Shown here piece by piece: positions 19,736-29,642 of a DNA stretch of 64,000 nt (positions within the stretch are counted from its first letter, which is position 1; each line of letters begins with the position of its first letter). The notes below the pieces were generated by a model. The model worked only from the letters and a program-made list of their open reading frames with translations. It ran no database searches and was not told the origin of the DNA. Source of the stretch: an uncultured Acidobacteriota bacterium (GTDB taxonomy: Bacteria > Acidobacteriota > JAQAZP01); NCBI GenBank assembly GCA_963836075.1, contig CAWIIB010000001.1, positions 288,001 to 352,000 on the forward strand, written 5' to 3'. A program made the position numbers and the translations under genes.

Positions 19736-20878
19736 TCAGTCACTCATCAGGGCGCGTGAAATGACGATGCGCTGGATCTCCGAGGTGCCCTCGTAAATCG
19801 TGGTCACCCGTGCATCGCGGAAAAATCTCTCCACCGGGTATTCGCGGGAATAGCCGTAGGCCCCGAAAATCTGCAGGGCGTTGGAGGTGACGCGGTTTGC
19901 CATTTCAGAACAGAAGAGCTTGGCCATGGACGCTTCCTTGCCGTGTTTTTCCCCGCGGTCCTTGCGCAGGGCGGCGCGGAGCATCAGCAGGTTGCCGGCT
20001 TCAATTTCGGTGGCGGCATCGGCCAGCATGAACTGCACCGCCTGGTGCTGGGCCAGCTGGCGGCCGAAGGTTTCCCGTTCCCGGGAATAGGCCAGCGCCT
20101 CCTCGAAGGCGCCCCGGGCCATGCCGATGCACTGGGCCGCCACTCCGATCCGGGCGCCGTCGAGGGTGGAGAGCGCGATCTTCAGCCCCATGCCCTCTTC
20201 GCCCAGCAGGTTCTCCTGGGGTACGAAGCAGTCCTCGAGGATGATCTCCGTGGTCATGGAGCTCTTCAGTCCCATCTTCTCTTCGGCCTTGCCGAAACGG
20301 AACCCCTTCATCGACGGGTCGAGGATGAACGCCGACAGCCGTTTGGAGCCGGATTCGGGCGCGGTGACCAGCAGCACCACGAAGGCCTGGCCCACCAGCC
20401 CATTGGTCACCCAGGATTTGACCCCGTTACAGGTATAGCCGCCGTCGGTTTTTTCAGCCTTGGCCTGCAGCGCCGAAGCGTCGGAACCGGTGCCCGGCTC
20501 GGTGAGCGCGAACCCGCCGATATAGTTTCCGGCGGCCGACGGTTCAAGATATTTGCGCTTCTGCTCTTCGCTGCCGAAGTTGATCAGCGGCCCGCAAAAG
20601 ACCGAGTTGGTCACGCTGACCGTGATGGCGGTCGAGGGGCAGACCGCGGCCAGTTCCCGGATGGCCAGACACGAACTGACCATGTCCAGCCCTGCGCCGC
20701 TGAAGGTATCCGGGACCATCATGCCCAGCAACCCCAGCTCCCCGAGCTTGTTGATGATCTGGTGCGGGAACTCTCCCTGCGGCTCGTAGTCCTTCACCGC
20801 CGGCGCGATTTCGCTCTGGCCGAAATCACGGACCATCTCCATCACCATTTGCTGTTCTTCGGTCATCTGAAATTCCAC
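19736..20878 (-). CDS. Acyl-CoA dehydrogenase (short/branched-chain family)
   Basis: FALTEPGTGSDA, QIFGAYGYSREYPVERFFRDARVTTIYEGTSEIQR. GTG start with AAGGAGG RBS. Confidence 0.94.
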   Translation of the reverse strand: MEFQMTEEQQMVMEMVRDFGQSEIAPAVKDYEPQGEFPHQIINKLGELGLLGMMVPDTFSGAGLDMVSSCLAIRELAAVCPSTAITVSVTNSVFCGPLINFGSEEQKRKYLEPSAAGNYIGGFALTEPGTGSDASALQAKAEKTDGGYTCNGVKSWVTNGLVGQAFVVLLVTAPESGSKRLSAFILDPSMKGFRFGKAEEKMGLKSSMTTEIILEDCFVPQENLLGEEGMGLKIALSTLDGARIGVAAQCIGMARGAFEEALAYSRERETFGRQLAQHQAVQFMLADAATEIEAGNLLMLRAALRKDRGEKHGKEASMAKLFCSEMANRVTSNALQIFGAYGYSREYPVERFFRDARVTTIYEGTSEIQRIVISRALMSD

Positions 20879-21083
20879 AACCAGTTCCTCCTTCGCCCGG
20901 CGGTGGCAGCGTCGACACCATGAGCGTGATCGTGGGCTGATGTCTCCGGGACCCGGAATCGATCCGGTGCACCGACTACTAAAAGACCGCGGAGGGGGCG
21001 CGGGCCGGTAAAGCACACCGGCTGCACCGCGCCGTCTTTCCGAAGGGTCTCGGCAGGCCGCTGGGCCGCGGGTGATGCGGCGC

Positions 21084-21359
21084 TCAGTTGTTGATCAGTT
21101 CCTTGAGCTCCTTGCCCGGCTTGAAATACGGAATCTTCTTCGCCGGCACATCAACCTGCTCACCGGTCTTCGGGTTGCGGCCCTTGCGCGATCCGCGCTG
21201 GCGGATGCGGAAGCTGCCGAATCCCCGGAGTTCGATTTTTTCGCCCTGTTTCAGAGCGTCGATGATGCTGTGGAAGACAGTGTTGACGATGACTTCCGAA
21301 TGCTTCTTCGTCAGTTCCGACGCCTTTGACACTTCTTCCACGAGTTCGGCCTTGGTCAT
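21084..21359 (-). CDS. ihfB: Integration host factor beta / HU family protein
   Basis: MTKAELVEEV...IELRGFGSF...GRNPKTGE...YFKPGKELKE. Follows rpsA-sppA. Confidence 0.92.
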   Translation of the reverse strand: MTKAELVEEVSKASELTKKHSEVIVNTVFHSIIDALKQGEKIELRGFGSFRIRQRGSRKGRNPKTGEQVDVPAKKIPYFKPGKELKELINN

Positions 21360-21468
21360 GAGTCTTCTCCTTCCCTTTCGGAGGCAATGACCATTTAGTA
21401 GAACAGGAAAAATACCAGATAACGGAAACTCTGATCCCCGGCAACCCCCGGGACCGGCCAGGGCGGCG

Positions 21469-22434
21469 TTACGGAGCCGCCAGCCGCCGTGGCGCTTGCC
21501 AGATATAGTGATATCCATCGCCGGCCCCGGCGATCCCCCGGTTATCCGAGAGGCCCTGGGCCAGGCGTTCGAGCACATACCCTTCCAACAGGTCGAAAAT
21601 GTTGAGCGGCCGGTCGCGTCGTTTTCTCAGTAACTGGTGATCCTCGTCCAGACCAGCCAGCTGGGCCGCCCGTTCCACGGCGTCGGACAGGTTGCCGATC
21701 TCGTCGATCAGCTCCAGCTCCAGGGCCCGGTGGCCGGTGACCACGCTCCCGTCGCCCAGCTGCAGGACGTCGTCCACCGCCAGGCCGCGGGACTGGGCCA
21801 CCGCGTCGACGAACTGACCGTGAAGCTCGTCCACCAGGGCCTGGTGATACGCCAGCTCCCCGGCGGTCATCTCGCGGGCCGGGTTCCCGGCGTCTTTCAG
21901 TTCACCGCTCTTGACCACCACGTTCTTCAGCATGGCCCAGCGCAGCAGTTCGTCGTACTGGGTCCAGGAGGCGATGACGCCGATGCTGCCGGTGATCGTC
22001 CCGGGGCTGGCCACGATCAGGTCCGACCCGCAGGCGATATAGTAAGCCCCCGAAGCGGCCACGTTTCCCATCGAGGTGAGGATCACCAGGCCGTCCCGCT
22101 CCCTGATCTTCTGCAGTTCGCGATAGACCTCCTGGGCCGCCACCACCGATCCACCGGGGCTGTCGATACGCAGCACCAGCGCGTGAACGTCTGAACGGCC
22201 CACCAGGTCATCCAGCTGCTGGATGATCGGGGCCGAGGAGTAAATGGGTCCGGTGATCTCCACCAGGCCGATCTTCTCCCGGCCAGGAAAACTGAAGCCG
22301 TCGGCCCTGAAACTGCCGCTCACTGCAAACCAGACCAGGAAGACGCAGAAAGCGAAAAAGGACGTAAAGATCCCCGCGGCCATGAGCCAGAGAATCCAGG
22401 CGCCCTTTTTCCGTTCCTTCTTATCCTCAGGCAT
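21469..22434 (-). CDS. sppA: Signal peptide peptidase SppA (36K type)
   Basis: N-terminal TM, RIDSPGG, AASGAYY, TGSIGV, KSGELKD. Confidence 0.94.
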   Translation of the reverse strand: MPEDKKERKKGAWILWLMAAGIFTSFFAFCVFLVWFAVSGSFRADGFSFPGREKIGLVEITGPIYSSAPIIQQLDDLVGRSDVHALVLRIDSPGGSVVAAQEVYRELQKIRERDGLVILTSMGNVAASGAYYIACGSDLIVASPGTITGSIGVIASWTQYDELLRWAMLKNVVVKSGELKDAGNPAREMTAGELAYHQALVDELHGQFVDAVAQSRGLAVDDVLQLGDGSVVTGHRALELELIDEIGNLSDAVERAAQLAGLDEDHQLLRKRRDRPLNIFDLLEGYVLERLAQGLSDNRGIAGAGDGYHYIWQAPRRLAAP

Positions 22435-22488
22435 ACCGTCCCTGGTCGGCCGCCGCCCCACGCCGGCGCGGAGCGGCGGTCAGCGACA

Positions 22489-24490
22489 TCAGTCGTCTTT
22501 TTCTTCGGCCTCCTCCGCCTCTTCCACGGGTTCTTCGGCAGCGGCTTCCGGCTCCACGGCGTCCACAACCTGCTCCACGGCGTGCCTCAGTTTCTTCCGC
22601 GGCCGCCTCGGCTTCCGCCTTGGACTCTGAGATGTGCGAACGGAGCTTGGACAGTTCCTTGCCCACCACGTCGCCGAGGGCGATGGCGCCCTCGCTGGAG
22701 TCGTGCATGTAGCTGCTGACCACGTCCTCCTCGGACTCCATCTGGACCGCCTTGACACTGAGCCCGATCTTCTTTTCCGCCGGCTCCATCTTGACGATTT
22801 TCATGTCCAGCGAGTCGCCCACGGAGAACTTGTCCTCGGGCCGCTCCACGCGGTCCTTGTCCAGCTCGGAGACGTGCACCAGGCCCTCGACGCCTTCCCG
22901 CAGTTCGACGAATACGCCAAAGTCGGTGATGCGCACGATGCGGCCCTGGATCCGGTCGCCCACCTGGAACTCGTTGAAGAAACCGTCCCAGGCATTGGGC
23001 TGCAGCTGCTTGATGCCCAGGCTAAGCCGCTGGTTATCGGTGTCGATGTTGAGAATCACGGCATCGGCCATGTCGCCCTTCTTGAGAATTTCGGAGGGGT
23101 GTTTGATCCGGCGGGTCCAGGACATATCGGAAATATGCACCAGGCCGTCGATCCCTTCCTCCACCTCGATAAAGGCCCCGAAATCGGTGAGGTTGCGCAC
23201 CCGGCCGGTGATAATCGACCCGATGGCGTATTTGTCCTGAATCAGCTCCCAGGGGTTGGGTTCGGTCTGCTTGAGGCCGAGGGAGATCCGGCGCGCCCGG
23301 GGGTCGATGTCCAATACCATGGTCTCGACGATGTCACCGATGGCCACCACCTTGGAGGGGTGCTTGACCCGCTTGGTCCACGACATTTCGGAAACGTGGA
23401 TCAGGCCTTCGATGCCGACTTCCAGCTCGACGAAAGCGCCGTAATCGGTGAGGCTGACCACCTTGCCGCGCACCCTGGATCCCACCGGGTATTTCTCTTC
23501 GGCACTCTCCCAGGGGTCGGGGGTTTTCTGCTTGTAGCCCAGGGACACCCGCTCGCGTTCGCGGTCGAACTTGAGCACCACCACCTCCACCTCGTCGCCG
23601 ACAATGAACAGCTCCGAGGGGTGGCTGACGCGGCCCCAGGACATGTCGGTGATGTGCAGCAGGCCGTCCAGGCCGCCGAGGTCGATGAAGGCGCCGTACT
23701 CGGTGATGTTCTTCACCATCCCCTTGATCATCTTGCCTTCCTCGAGGGAGGCCAGGGTGTCGGTCTTCTTGATCGCGTTCTCCTCCTCGAGCACGATCTT
23801 GCGCGAAAGGACGATGTTGCCGCGGCGTTTGTTGAGCTTGATGATCTTCATCCGGAATTCCTGGCCGCGGAGGCTCTCCAGGTTGCGCACGGGACGCACG
23901 TCCACCTGGGAACCGGGGAGGAAGGCCCGGATGCCGATATCCACGGCCAGACCACCCTTGATCCTCTCGATCACCCGGCCGGTGATCACCTCGTCCTGCT
24001 TGTAGGCCACTTCGATGGTCTTCCAGACCTTCATCCGCTCGGCCTTCTCCTTGGAGAGGACCACGTATCCGTCCTGGTTCTCGGTGCGCTCGAGGAGCAC
24101 TTCCACGTCGTCTCCGACCTCGATCATCACCTTGCCGGATTCGTTGACAAACTCAAAAATGTCAATGACGCCTTCGGACTTGTAGCCGATGTCGACCATC
24201 ACTTCCTGGTCGGTGATTTTCAACACCTTGCCGGGAACCACCTCGCCCTCGGCGAGATTCTTGAAACTCTGGTCGTAGAAGGCCAGCAGCTTCTCGTAGT
24301 CCTCGGTGGTCTCCAGATCGGTGTCTCCGATCTGATCATTGATGAAGTCCTCGAGCTTCTCCTTGGTTTCTTTTTTAGGTTTTTCGGGGGTGGAGCTATC
24401 CACCGCCGCAGTGTCCTCGCCGTTGGTGTCCGGCGTGGGCAGGTTTTCGGCATCCTGTGCCTGGTTTGGTTGATGGTTAAGAGTTTCCAT
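22489..24490 (-). CDS. rpsA: 30S ribosomal protein S1; apparent +1 frameshift near 22583 in the acidic tail
   Basis: Six S1 repeats (YGAFIDLGGLDGLLHITDMSW and others). The acidic tail continues in another frame as AVEQVVDAVEPEAAAEE...EKDD to TGA at 22489. Confidence 0.95.
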
Positions 24491-24585
24491 TTGCGGGCAT
24501 GCGCCTCCTTCACTCAGTTGATTTTTGCGAAAACAGCCACTGCGGCTGTTCTCATGACGGAACCGGGGGAAAATCCACCCGTCCG

Positions 24586-25203
24586 TCACCTCAGGTCGTA
24601 TATCTGCTGCAGCACCTGGTTGGTGAACTGCAGGTAGACCTCTTTTCTTCCGTGTCCCGCCGGCTCCGGTCCGCCAAAGTCCGGAGGGGCCAGCGGTTGG
24701 CCAAAGATCACCTTGACCCGGCCCGGCCGGGGAAAGGTCTTTCCCGGCGGCAGAACCAGGTCACTGCCGATGATTCTGGAGGGAATCACCGGCGACCCGG
24801 CCCTGGACGCCACCATCGCCATCCCCGGCTTGGCCTTCCCCTTCCGGTCAGGACCGTGAGATCTCGACCCCTCGGGAAAAAAGACCAATCCCAGACCGAT
24901 CTTCAGGAAGTGAAGAGCGTGCTGGATGGCGTCGCGGTCGTTGGCTCCCCGCCGAACGGGAAAGGCGTTCACCTTTCTCAGCAGAAAAGCCCCGAACCGG
25001 TTGCGGAACAGTTCGGCCTTGGCAAAAAAGGCCAGATCTCTCCTGGTGGCCACACCCAGGAGAAATGGATCGAGGTTGCTCTGGTGGTTGGAGGCGAAGA
25101 TAAAAGACCCTTCCGCAGGGACGTTTTCGGCGCCTTTCACCTCAAGCCTGACAAAGAGCTTGAACACAAGAACGGCGAGCAATTTGCCGATGCTGTAAAA
25201 CAA
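24586..25203 (-). CDS. plsC: 1-acyl-sn-glycerol-3-phosphate acyltransferase
   Basis: NHQSNLD, FFAKAELF, FFPEGSRS. Start placed at TTG 25203 because the ORF-track start (25260) lies inside the promoter. Confidence 0.9.
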   Translation of the reverse strand: MFYSIGKLLAVLVFKLFVRLEVKGAENVPAEGSFIFASNHQSNLDPFLLGVATRRDLAFFAKAELFRNRFGAFLLRKVNAFPVRRGANDRDAIQHALHFLKIGLGLVFFPEGSRSHGPDRKGKAKPGMAMVASRAGSPVIPSRIIGSDLVLPPGKTFPRPGRVKVIFGQPLAPPDFGGPEPAGHGRKEVYLQFTNQVLQQIYDLR

Positions 25204-25242
25204 CCGTCGAACACCCGAACCTTTCCAAGCGAAACGCGGCGA

Positions 25243-25271
25243 ATTATATAGGAGGCCCAAAACCTTGTCAA
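25243..25271 (-). promoter_or_regulatory. Consensus sigma70 promoter for plsC-rpsA-sppA-ihfB
   Basis: TTGACA (25271-25266), 17 nt, TATAAT (25248-25243). Confidence 0.85.
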
Positions 25272-25341
25272 GTCAAACCCATACTATTTCAATAAATTGA
25301 CAGCATCCGGACCGTGCGGCGGGGGACCGGAAAAAAGTCAC

Positions 25342-26076
25342 TCAGCAGAGCAGCCGGTGCATTTTCCATATCATGTAATCCACCACCTGTTCAGGGTCCA
25401 TGTCGCCGGAATCGACCAGGAGGGCGTCCGGGGTGCGGAGCAGCGGGGAGTCGTTACGGCTGCTGTCATCATGATCCCGTTCGGCCAGCTGGGCCCGGAC
25501 CTCGTCCAGCGGCAGGTTTTCCCCCCGTTCGGCCAGTTCCCGCCATCGTCTTTCGGCCCGGATCTTCAGCCCGGTATCGAGGTAGAATTTGACCTGGGCC
25601 CCGGGAAAGACCCTGCTGCCGATGTCCCGTCCGTCCATCACCACCCGGCCCCGGGTTCCGGTCTGCTGCTGAATGGCCACCAGGCGCCGGCGAACCGCCG
25701 GGATGGCCGATACCGCCGAGGCCAGCCGGCCGATATCGGCGGTGCCGATGAGGTTGCTGACATCGGTGCCGTCCACCAGGATTCGGGCTCCGCTCTCCCC
25801 CTCCGGCGGGAGGTAGAGGATTTCCATCCGGTCCACGGCCGCGGCCACCAGGTCCGGCTGCCCCACCGCAATGTCAAGTTCACGGAGCCGCCAGGCGGCG
25901 GCGCGATACATCGCCCCGGAGTTGATGTAGAGATACCCCAGGCGCCGGGCCAGGAGTTGTCCGGCTGTGCTTTTGCCGGAAGCGGAAGGTCCGTCGATGG
26001 CCACCACCAGGTCGAGAGCGCCCAGTGCCGCGGCCATCCGCGCCGTCTCCGCTGCTGTGGGCCGAATGTCGACCAT
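25342..26076 (-). CDS. cmk: Cytidylate kinase
   Basis: AIDGPSASGKST, SGAMYR, VMDGRDIG, RDHDDSSR..SPL. Confidence 0.96.
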   Translation of the reverse strand: MVDIRPTAAETARMAAALGALDLVVAIDGPSASGKSTAGQLLARRLGYLYINSGAMYRAAAWRLRELDIAVGQPDLVAAAVDRMEILYLPPEGESGARILVDGTDVSNLIGTADIGRLASAVSAIPAVRRRLVAIQQQTGTRGRVVMDGRDIGSRVFPGAQVKFYLDTGLKIRAERRWRELAERGENLPLDEVRAQLAERDHDDSSRNDSPLLRTPDALLVDSGDMDPEQVVDYMIWKMHRLLC

Positions 26077-26082
26077 GGCGCT

Positions 26083-27186
26083 CTACCCCTCCCCCGTACC
26101 GGTCACTTTCTCCAGGGCTCTGATAAACCGCTGGTTCTCCTCGGGAAGACCGGTGGAGACGCGGAACGAATTGGGATACCCGTAGCCGGCCATGGGCCTG
26201 ACAATCACCCCCTCCTCGAGAAAGGCCGAAAAGGCGTCCGCGCTGGAAAGGGATGTGGTCACCAGGACGAAGTTTCCGTAGGACGGGGTGTATTCCACGC
26301 CCAGCCGGTCCAGCTGGCCCTGAATATAGGCGATGGACTCCCGGTTGAGGGCCACGCTGGCCTCCAGGTGCGACCGGTCTTCCAGGGCGTGCAGGGCGGC
26401 CAGTTGGCAGAGGGAATTGGTATTGAACGGCGAACGGATCTTGTTCAGTCCGGCCACGATCTCCTCGTTGGCCACCCCGTAGCCCACCCGCAGACCGGCC
26501 AGACCATAGGCCTTGGAAAAGGTCCGCAGGATGATGATGTTCCTCCCCTCCTGCAGGTAGCGAAAGGAATCGGGGTAGTCGGGGTGGTCCATGTATTCGA
26601 AATAGGCCTCGTCCAGCAGTACGATCAGATGGTCGGGCAGGCTGTCCAGGAAGCGGTCCACCGCCTCGCGGCCCACCATGGTGCCGGTGGGATTGTTGGG
26701 GTTGGCAATGTAGACCAGCCTGGTGTTCCCGTCCACCGCCGCGGCCATGCCGTCCAGGTCGTGGGTCACTCCGTCGGCCATGGGGACCATCACCGCGTTA
26801 CCGTTAACCGCCTGGGTGGCGAGGTAGCACATGATAAACGCGCCGGCGGACATCACCGCGTTGTCCCCGGGCCCGAGGAAGGTCCGGCAGGCCATCTCGA
26901 TGACATCCACCGAGCCGTTGCCCAGAACGATCTGGTCTTCACCGACCCCGTGGACCGCAGCCAGCGCCTTCCGCAGATAAAACCCGCTGCCGTCGGGATA
27001 GAGGTTCAAGCTGTCCAGCGCTTCTCCCAGGGCCGCGAGGGCCTTGGGGGAGGGCCCCAGGGGGTTCTCGTTGGACGCCAGTTTGCACACGTTGGTGATC
27101 CCCAGTTCACGCTGCACCTCCTCGATGGGCTTGCCGGGGATATACGGTTTCAGGGCACGGATATTTTCGGGCAACAGATCCTTCAC
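26083..27186 (-). CDS. hisC: Histidinol-phosphate/aromatic aminotransferase
   Basis: YIPGKPIEE, KLASNENPLG, NPNNPTG, DEAY, RTFSKAYGLAGLRVGY. GTG 27186 follows a GGAGG. Confidence 0.93.
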   Translation of the reverse strand: MKDLLPENIRALKPYIPGKPIEEVQRELGITNVCKLASNENPLGPSPKALAALGEALDSLNLYPDGSGFYLRKALAAVHGVGEDQIVLGNGSVDVIEMACRTFLGPGDNAVMSAGAFIMCYLATQAVNGNAVMVPMADGVTHDLDGMAAAVDGNTRLVYIANPNNPTGTMVGREAVDRFLDSLPDHLIVLLDEAYFEYMDHPDYPDSFRYLQEGRNIIILRTFSKAYGLAGLRVGYGVANEEIVAGLNKIRSPFNTNSLCQLAALHALEDRSHLEASVALNRESIAYIQGQLDRLGVEYTPSYGNFVLVTTSLSSADAFSAFLEEGVIVRPMAGYGYPNSFRVSTGLPEENQRFIRALEKVTGTGEG

Positions 27187-27224
27187 GGCGTCCTCCAGTA
27201 GGGAGTTGGTAGTGTCGCGGCGGC

Positions 27225-28158
27225 TCATCCCCGCTTCGGTTTCCTGCGCTCCGCGGGCGGCCGGCGGCGTTCTTTTGCACCGGGCTTCTCCGCCGGGCTG
27301 CCGGATCGGCGAAGCGATTTCTGTTTCGGGTTGTCTGGCCGGCGGCGTTTCTTCGCTCCAGGCCGCTCTTCGGGACCGCCGGGCCTGCGCAGCGCCTTCA
27401 GTTCCGGGCTGGTCAACCGGCGGAACTCGCCCGGGGTGATGCCCCGGGCCTTGACCGTGCCGATGGCCTCCCTGGTCAGCTTGACCACCGGGTGCATGAT
27501 GAGTTCGAACATCCGGCGGATCTGGTTGTTGCGGCCTTCCCCGATTACCACCAGCAACTGGCAGTTGCGCACCTTTCCCGGAAGGATGGTGATCCGCGCC
27601 GGCCGCGTTCGCCGTCCGTCCAGCACCACTCCTGCCCGGAGCCGGTCCAGTTCTCCAGTGCTGGGCATGCCGCGAACCTTTACCCGGTAGGTCTTGAGGC
27701 AGCCGTGCCGGGGGTGGGCGATCTTCTGGGCCAGCTCACCGTCGTCGGTGAGTACCGATCAGCCCGTCGGTGTTGAAATCGAGACGGCCGGCGGGAAAGA
27801 GGCGGTTTCCGGGAAGCCCGGTGATGTCGCCGAGGCAGGGCCGGCCCTCCGGGTCGCTCATGGTGCAGACCATCCCCCGGGGCTTGTTGAAGAGGATATA
27901 GGTGTGCGATACCCGCCGGGAGGCGGTGTAGCGCAACCGGGTCCCGTCAAGGGCCACCCGGTCGGTTTGCGGATCGATCCTTTTTCCCGGGGACGTCTCC
28001 GTCTTCCCGTTGACCGTGACCCGTCCTTCGAGGATCAGTTCGCCGGCCTTGCGGCGCGATACGCCGCCCCCGACCACCACCACCCGCTGGAGACGCTCCT
28101 GTTCAGGGGGTTTCGGGGTCGTCGGGGGCCGTGTTGTTTTCGCTGCTGTCCTGTTCAC
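27225..28158 (-). CDS. rluB: RluB/RsuA-family pseudouridine synthase; +1 frameshift at about 27755
   Basis: S4 domain and GRLDFNTDGL. Removing one G gives LIVLTDDGELAQKIAHP..KTYRVKV, which joins the frame containing EGRNNQIRRM. Confidence 0.9.
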
Positions 28159-28753
28159 TGTCGTTTATCAGTTCTTCCAGTTCCGGCTGATCGTCATCCC
28201 CGGAGAGGGTACCGGCCTCCTCGGTGACGATGAACTGCTCGAACTCGTCCATGTCCGGCAGGTCCTTGAGGTCCCGCAGGCCGAACTGCAGGAGAAATTC
28301 TCTGGTGGTGCCATAGAGCATCGGGCGTCCCACCACATTTTTCCTTCCCTGGATGCGCAGCAGTTTGCGTCCCAGCAGAGTTTTCAGAGGGGCGTCAGAC
28401 TTGATGCCCCGCACGTCGGCGATCTCGGGCTGGGTCACCGGCTGCCGGTAGGCGACAATGGCCAGCACCTCCAGGGCGGCCCGGCTCAGGCGGGTGGCCC
28501 GGCGGTCCTGGTTGATGGTCCGGATCCAGTGTGCGAAATCGGGCTTGGAGATCATCTGGTAGCCTCCGGCCACCTCGCGGATGTAGATTCCCCGCCACTC
28601 GTCGGCGCAGGCCCCGGCCAGTTCATCGAGCAGGGCCACCGCCTCGACCCTGGAGATTTCGTCCACCGCGTCGGAGATCTGCTTGGCCGATACAGGCTCG
28701 GCGGCGGCAAAAACCAGCGCCTCAACCAGTGCTTTCTTCTCTGATTCCTTCAT
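28103..28753 (-). CDS. scpB: Segregation/condensation protein B
   Basis: VEALVFAA, EVAGGYQ, LSRAALEVLAIVAYRQPVT, GRPMLYGTT..FL..FGL. Confidence 0.96.
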   Translation of the reverse strand: MKESEKKALVEALVFAAAEPVSAKQISDAVDEISRVEAVALLDELAGACADEWRGIYIREVAGGYQMISKPDFAHWIRTINQDRRATRLSRAALEVLAIVAYRQPVTQPEIADVRGIKSDAPLKTLLGRKLLRIQGRKNVVGRPMLYGTTREFLLQFGLRDLKDLPDMDEFEQFIVTEEAGTLSGDDDQPELEELINDSEQDSSENNTAPDDPETP

Positions 28754-29537
28754 TGCTGATTCTTTCCAGTTCCTCGTCGGATACGGTCTTGAACACCCGC
28801 AGAGTCTCGAAACGCTTGCGCTGCAGCACCCGGATCACCTGTAACCGCATCAGTTCCAGGATGGCCAGGAAGGTGGCCACCAGCATGGAACGTTCCATCA
28901 TCGTCCCGTCACGGCGCTCGAAGATTTCGTGAAAATCGAGCGATCTGGTACCGCGCAGCCGGGTGGCCAGACGCTGGATCATTTCGCCCACCGAAGTCCG
29001 TTTTCGCTCGATGGTCATGCCCTCGGGCTGGGCGTCCAGACGTTCGCGGATCTCGCGGAAGGCCTCCACCAGGTCGAAGAGGGTCACTTCCAGATACTGC
29101 TCGCCGTCTTCCTCGAGCTCGGCCGGGGGGCCGCCGCGGGGCCAGAGGGAATCCTGGTGCAGCCTCTTTTCGGCCAGGCGCTGGGCCGCTTCCCGGAACC
29201 GCTGGTATTCCTCCAGTTCGCGGTAGAACTGTTCCTCCGGGTCCTCCTCTTCACTTTCCCCGTCCTCAGTGTACTGCAGCAGTTCGCGGGGGATCAGCAC
29301 CCGCGACTTGAGGTAGACCAGGCTGGCCGCCATCAGCAGGAACTCCCCGGCCACGTTGAGGTCCAGTTCCTTGAGCAGGTCGAGATACTTCAGATACTCG
29401 TCGGCAATGGTGGCGATGGGCACATCGCGGATATCCATCTCCTCCTTGCGCACCAGGTGCAGCAGCAGGTCCAGCGGCCCCTCGAATATCTCGAGTTTGA
29501 CCTGCCAGCGATGGTCCTGTGAGGTAGAGGTGTCCAC
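28722..29537 (-). CDS. scpA: Segregation/condensation protein A
   Basis: FEGPLDLLLHL, EFLLMAASLVYLKSR, TFLAILEL. Confidence 0.96.
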   Translation of the reverse strand: MDTSTSQDHRWQVKLEIFEGPLDLLLHLVRKEEMDIRDVPIATIADEYLKYLDLLKELDLNVAGEFLLMAASLVYLKSRVLIPRELLQYTEDGESEEEDPEEQFYRELEEYQRFREAAQRLAEKRLHQDSLWPRGGPPAELEEDGEQYLEVTLFDLVEAFREIRERLDAQPEGMTIERKRTSVGEMIQRLATRLRGTRSLDFHEIFERRDGTMMERSMLVATFLAILELMRLQVIRVLQRKRFETLRVFKTVSDEELERISNEGIREESTG

Positions 29538-29642
29538 GTCCGGTTTCCTGATTAGGTTTGAGTGTGCCGGGCAAAACGCCGGCCCCGGAGTTATACTCCC
29601 TGCAGCACCTTCAGGGCAAGTGTCAGGGGGAAAAAGCGGCGC

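Noticed and set aside
20879-21083. Possible riboswitch or T-box upstream of the HMG-CoA cluster
   Set aside because: GC-rich stems exist, but no recognisable conserved motif; such pairing is expected at this GC content.
22634-24637. 667-aa plus-strand ORF and similar long antisense ORFs (16940-18832, 25297-27201, 43046-44368, 55057-56880)
   Set aside because: They are shadows of strongly codon-biased genes on the opposite strand, with no recognisable motifs.
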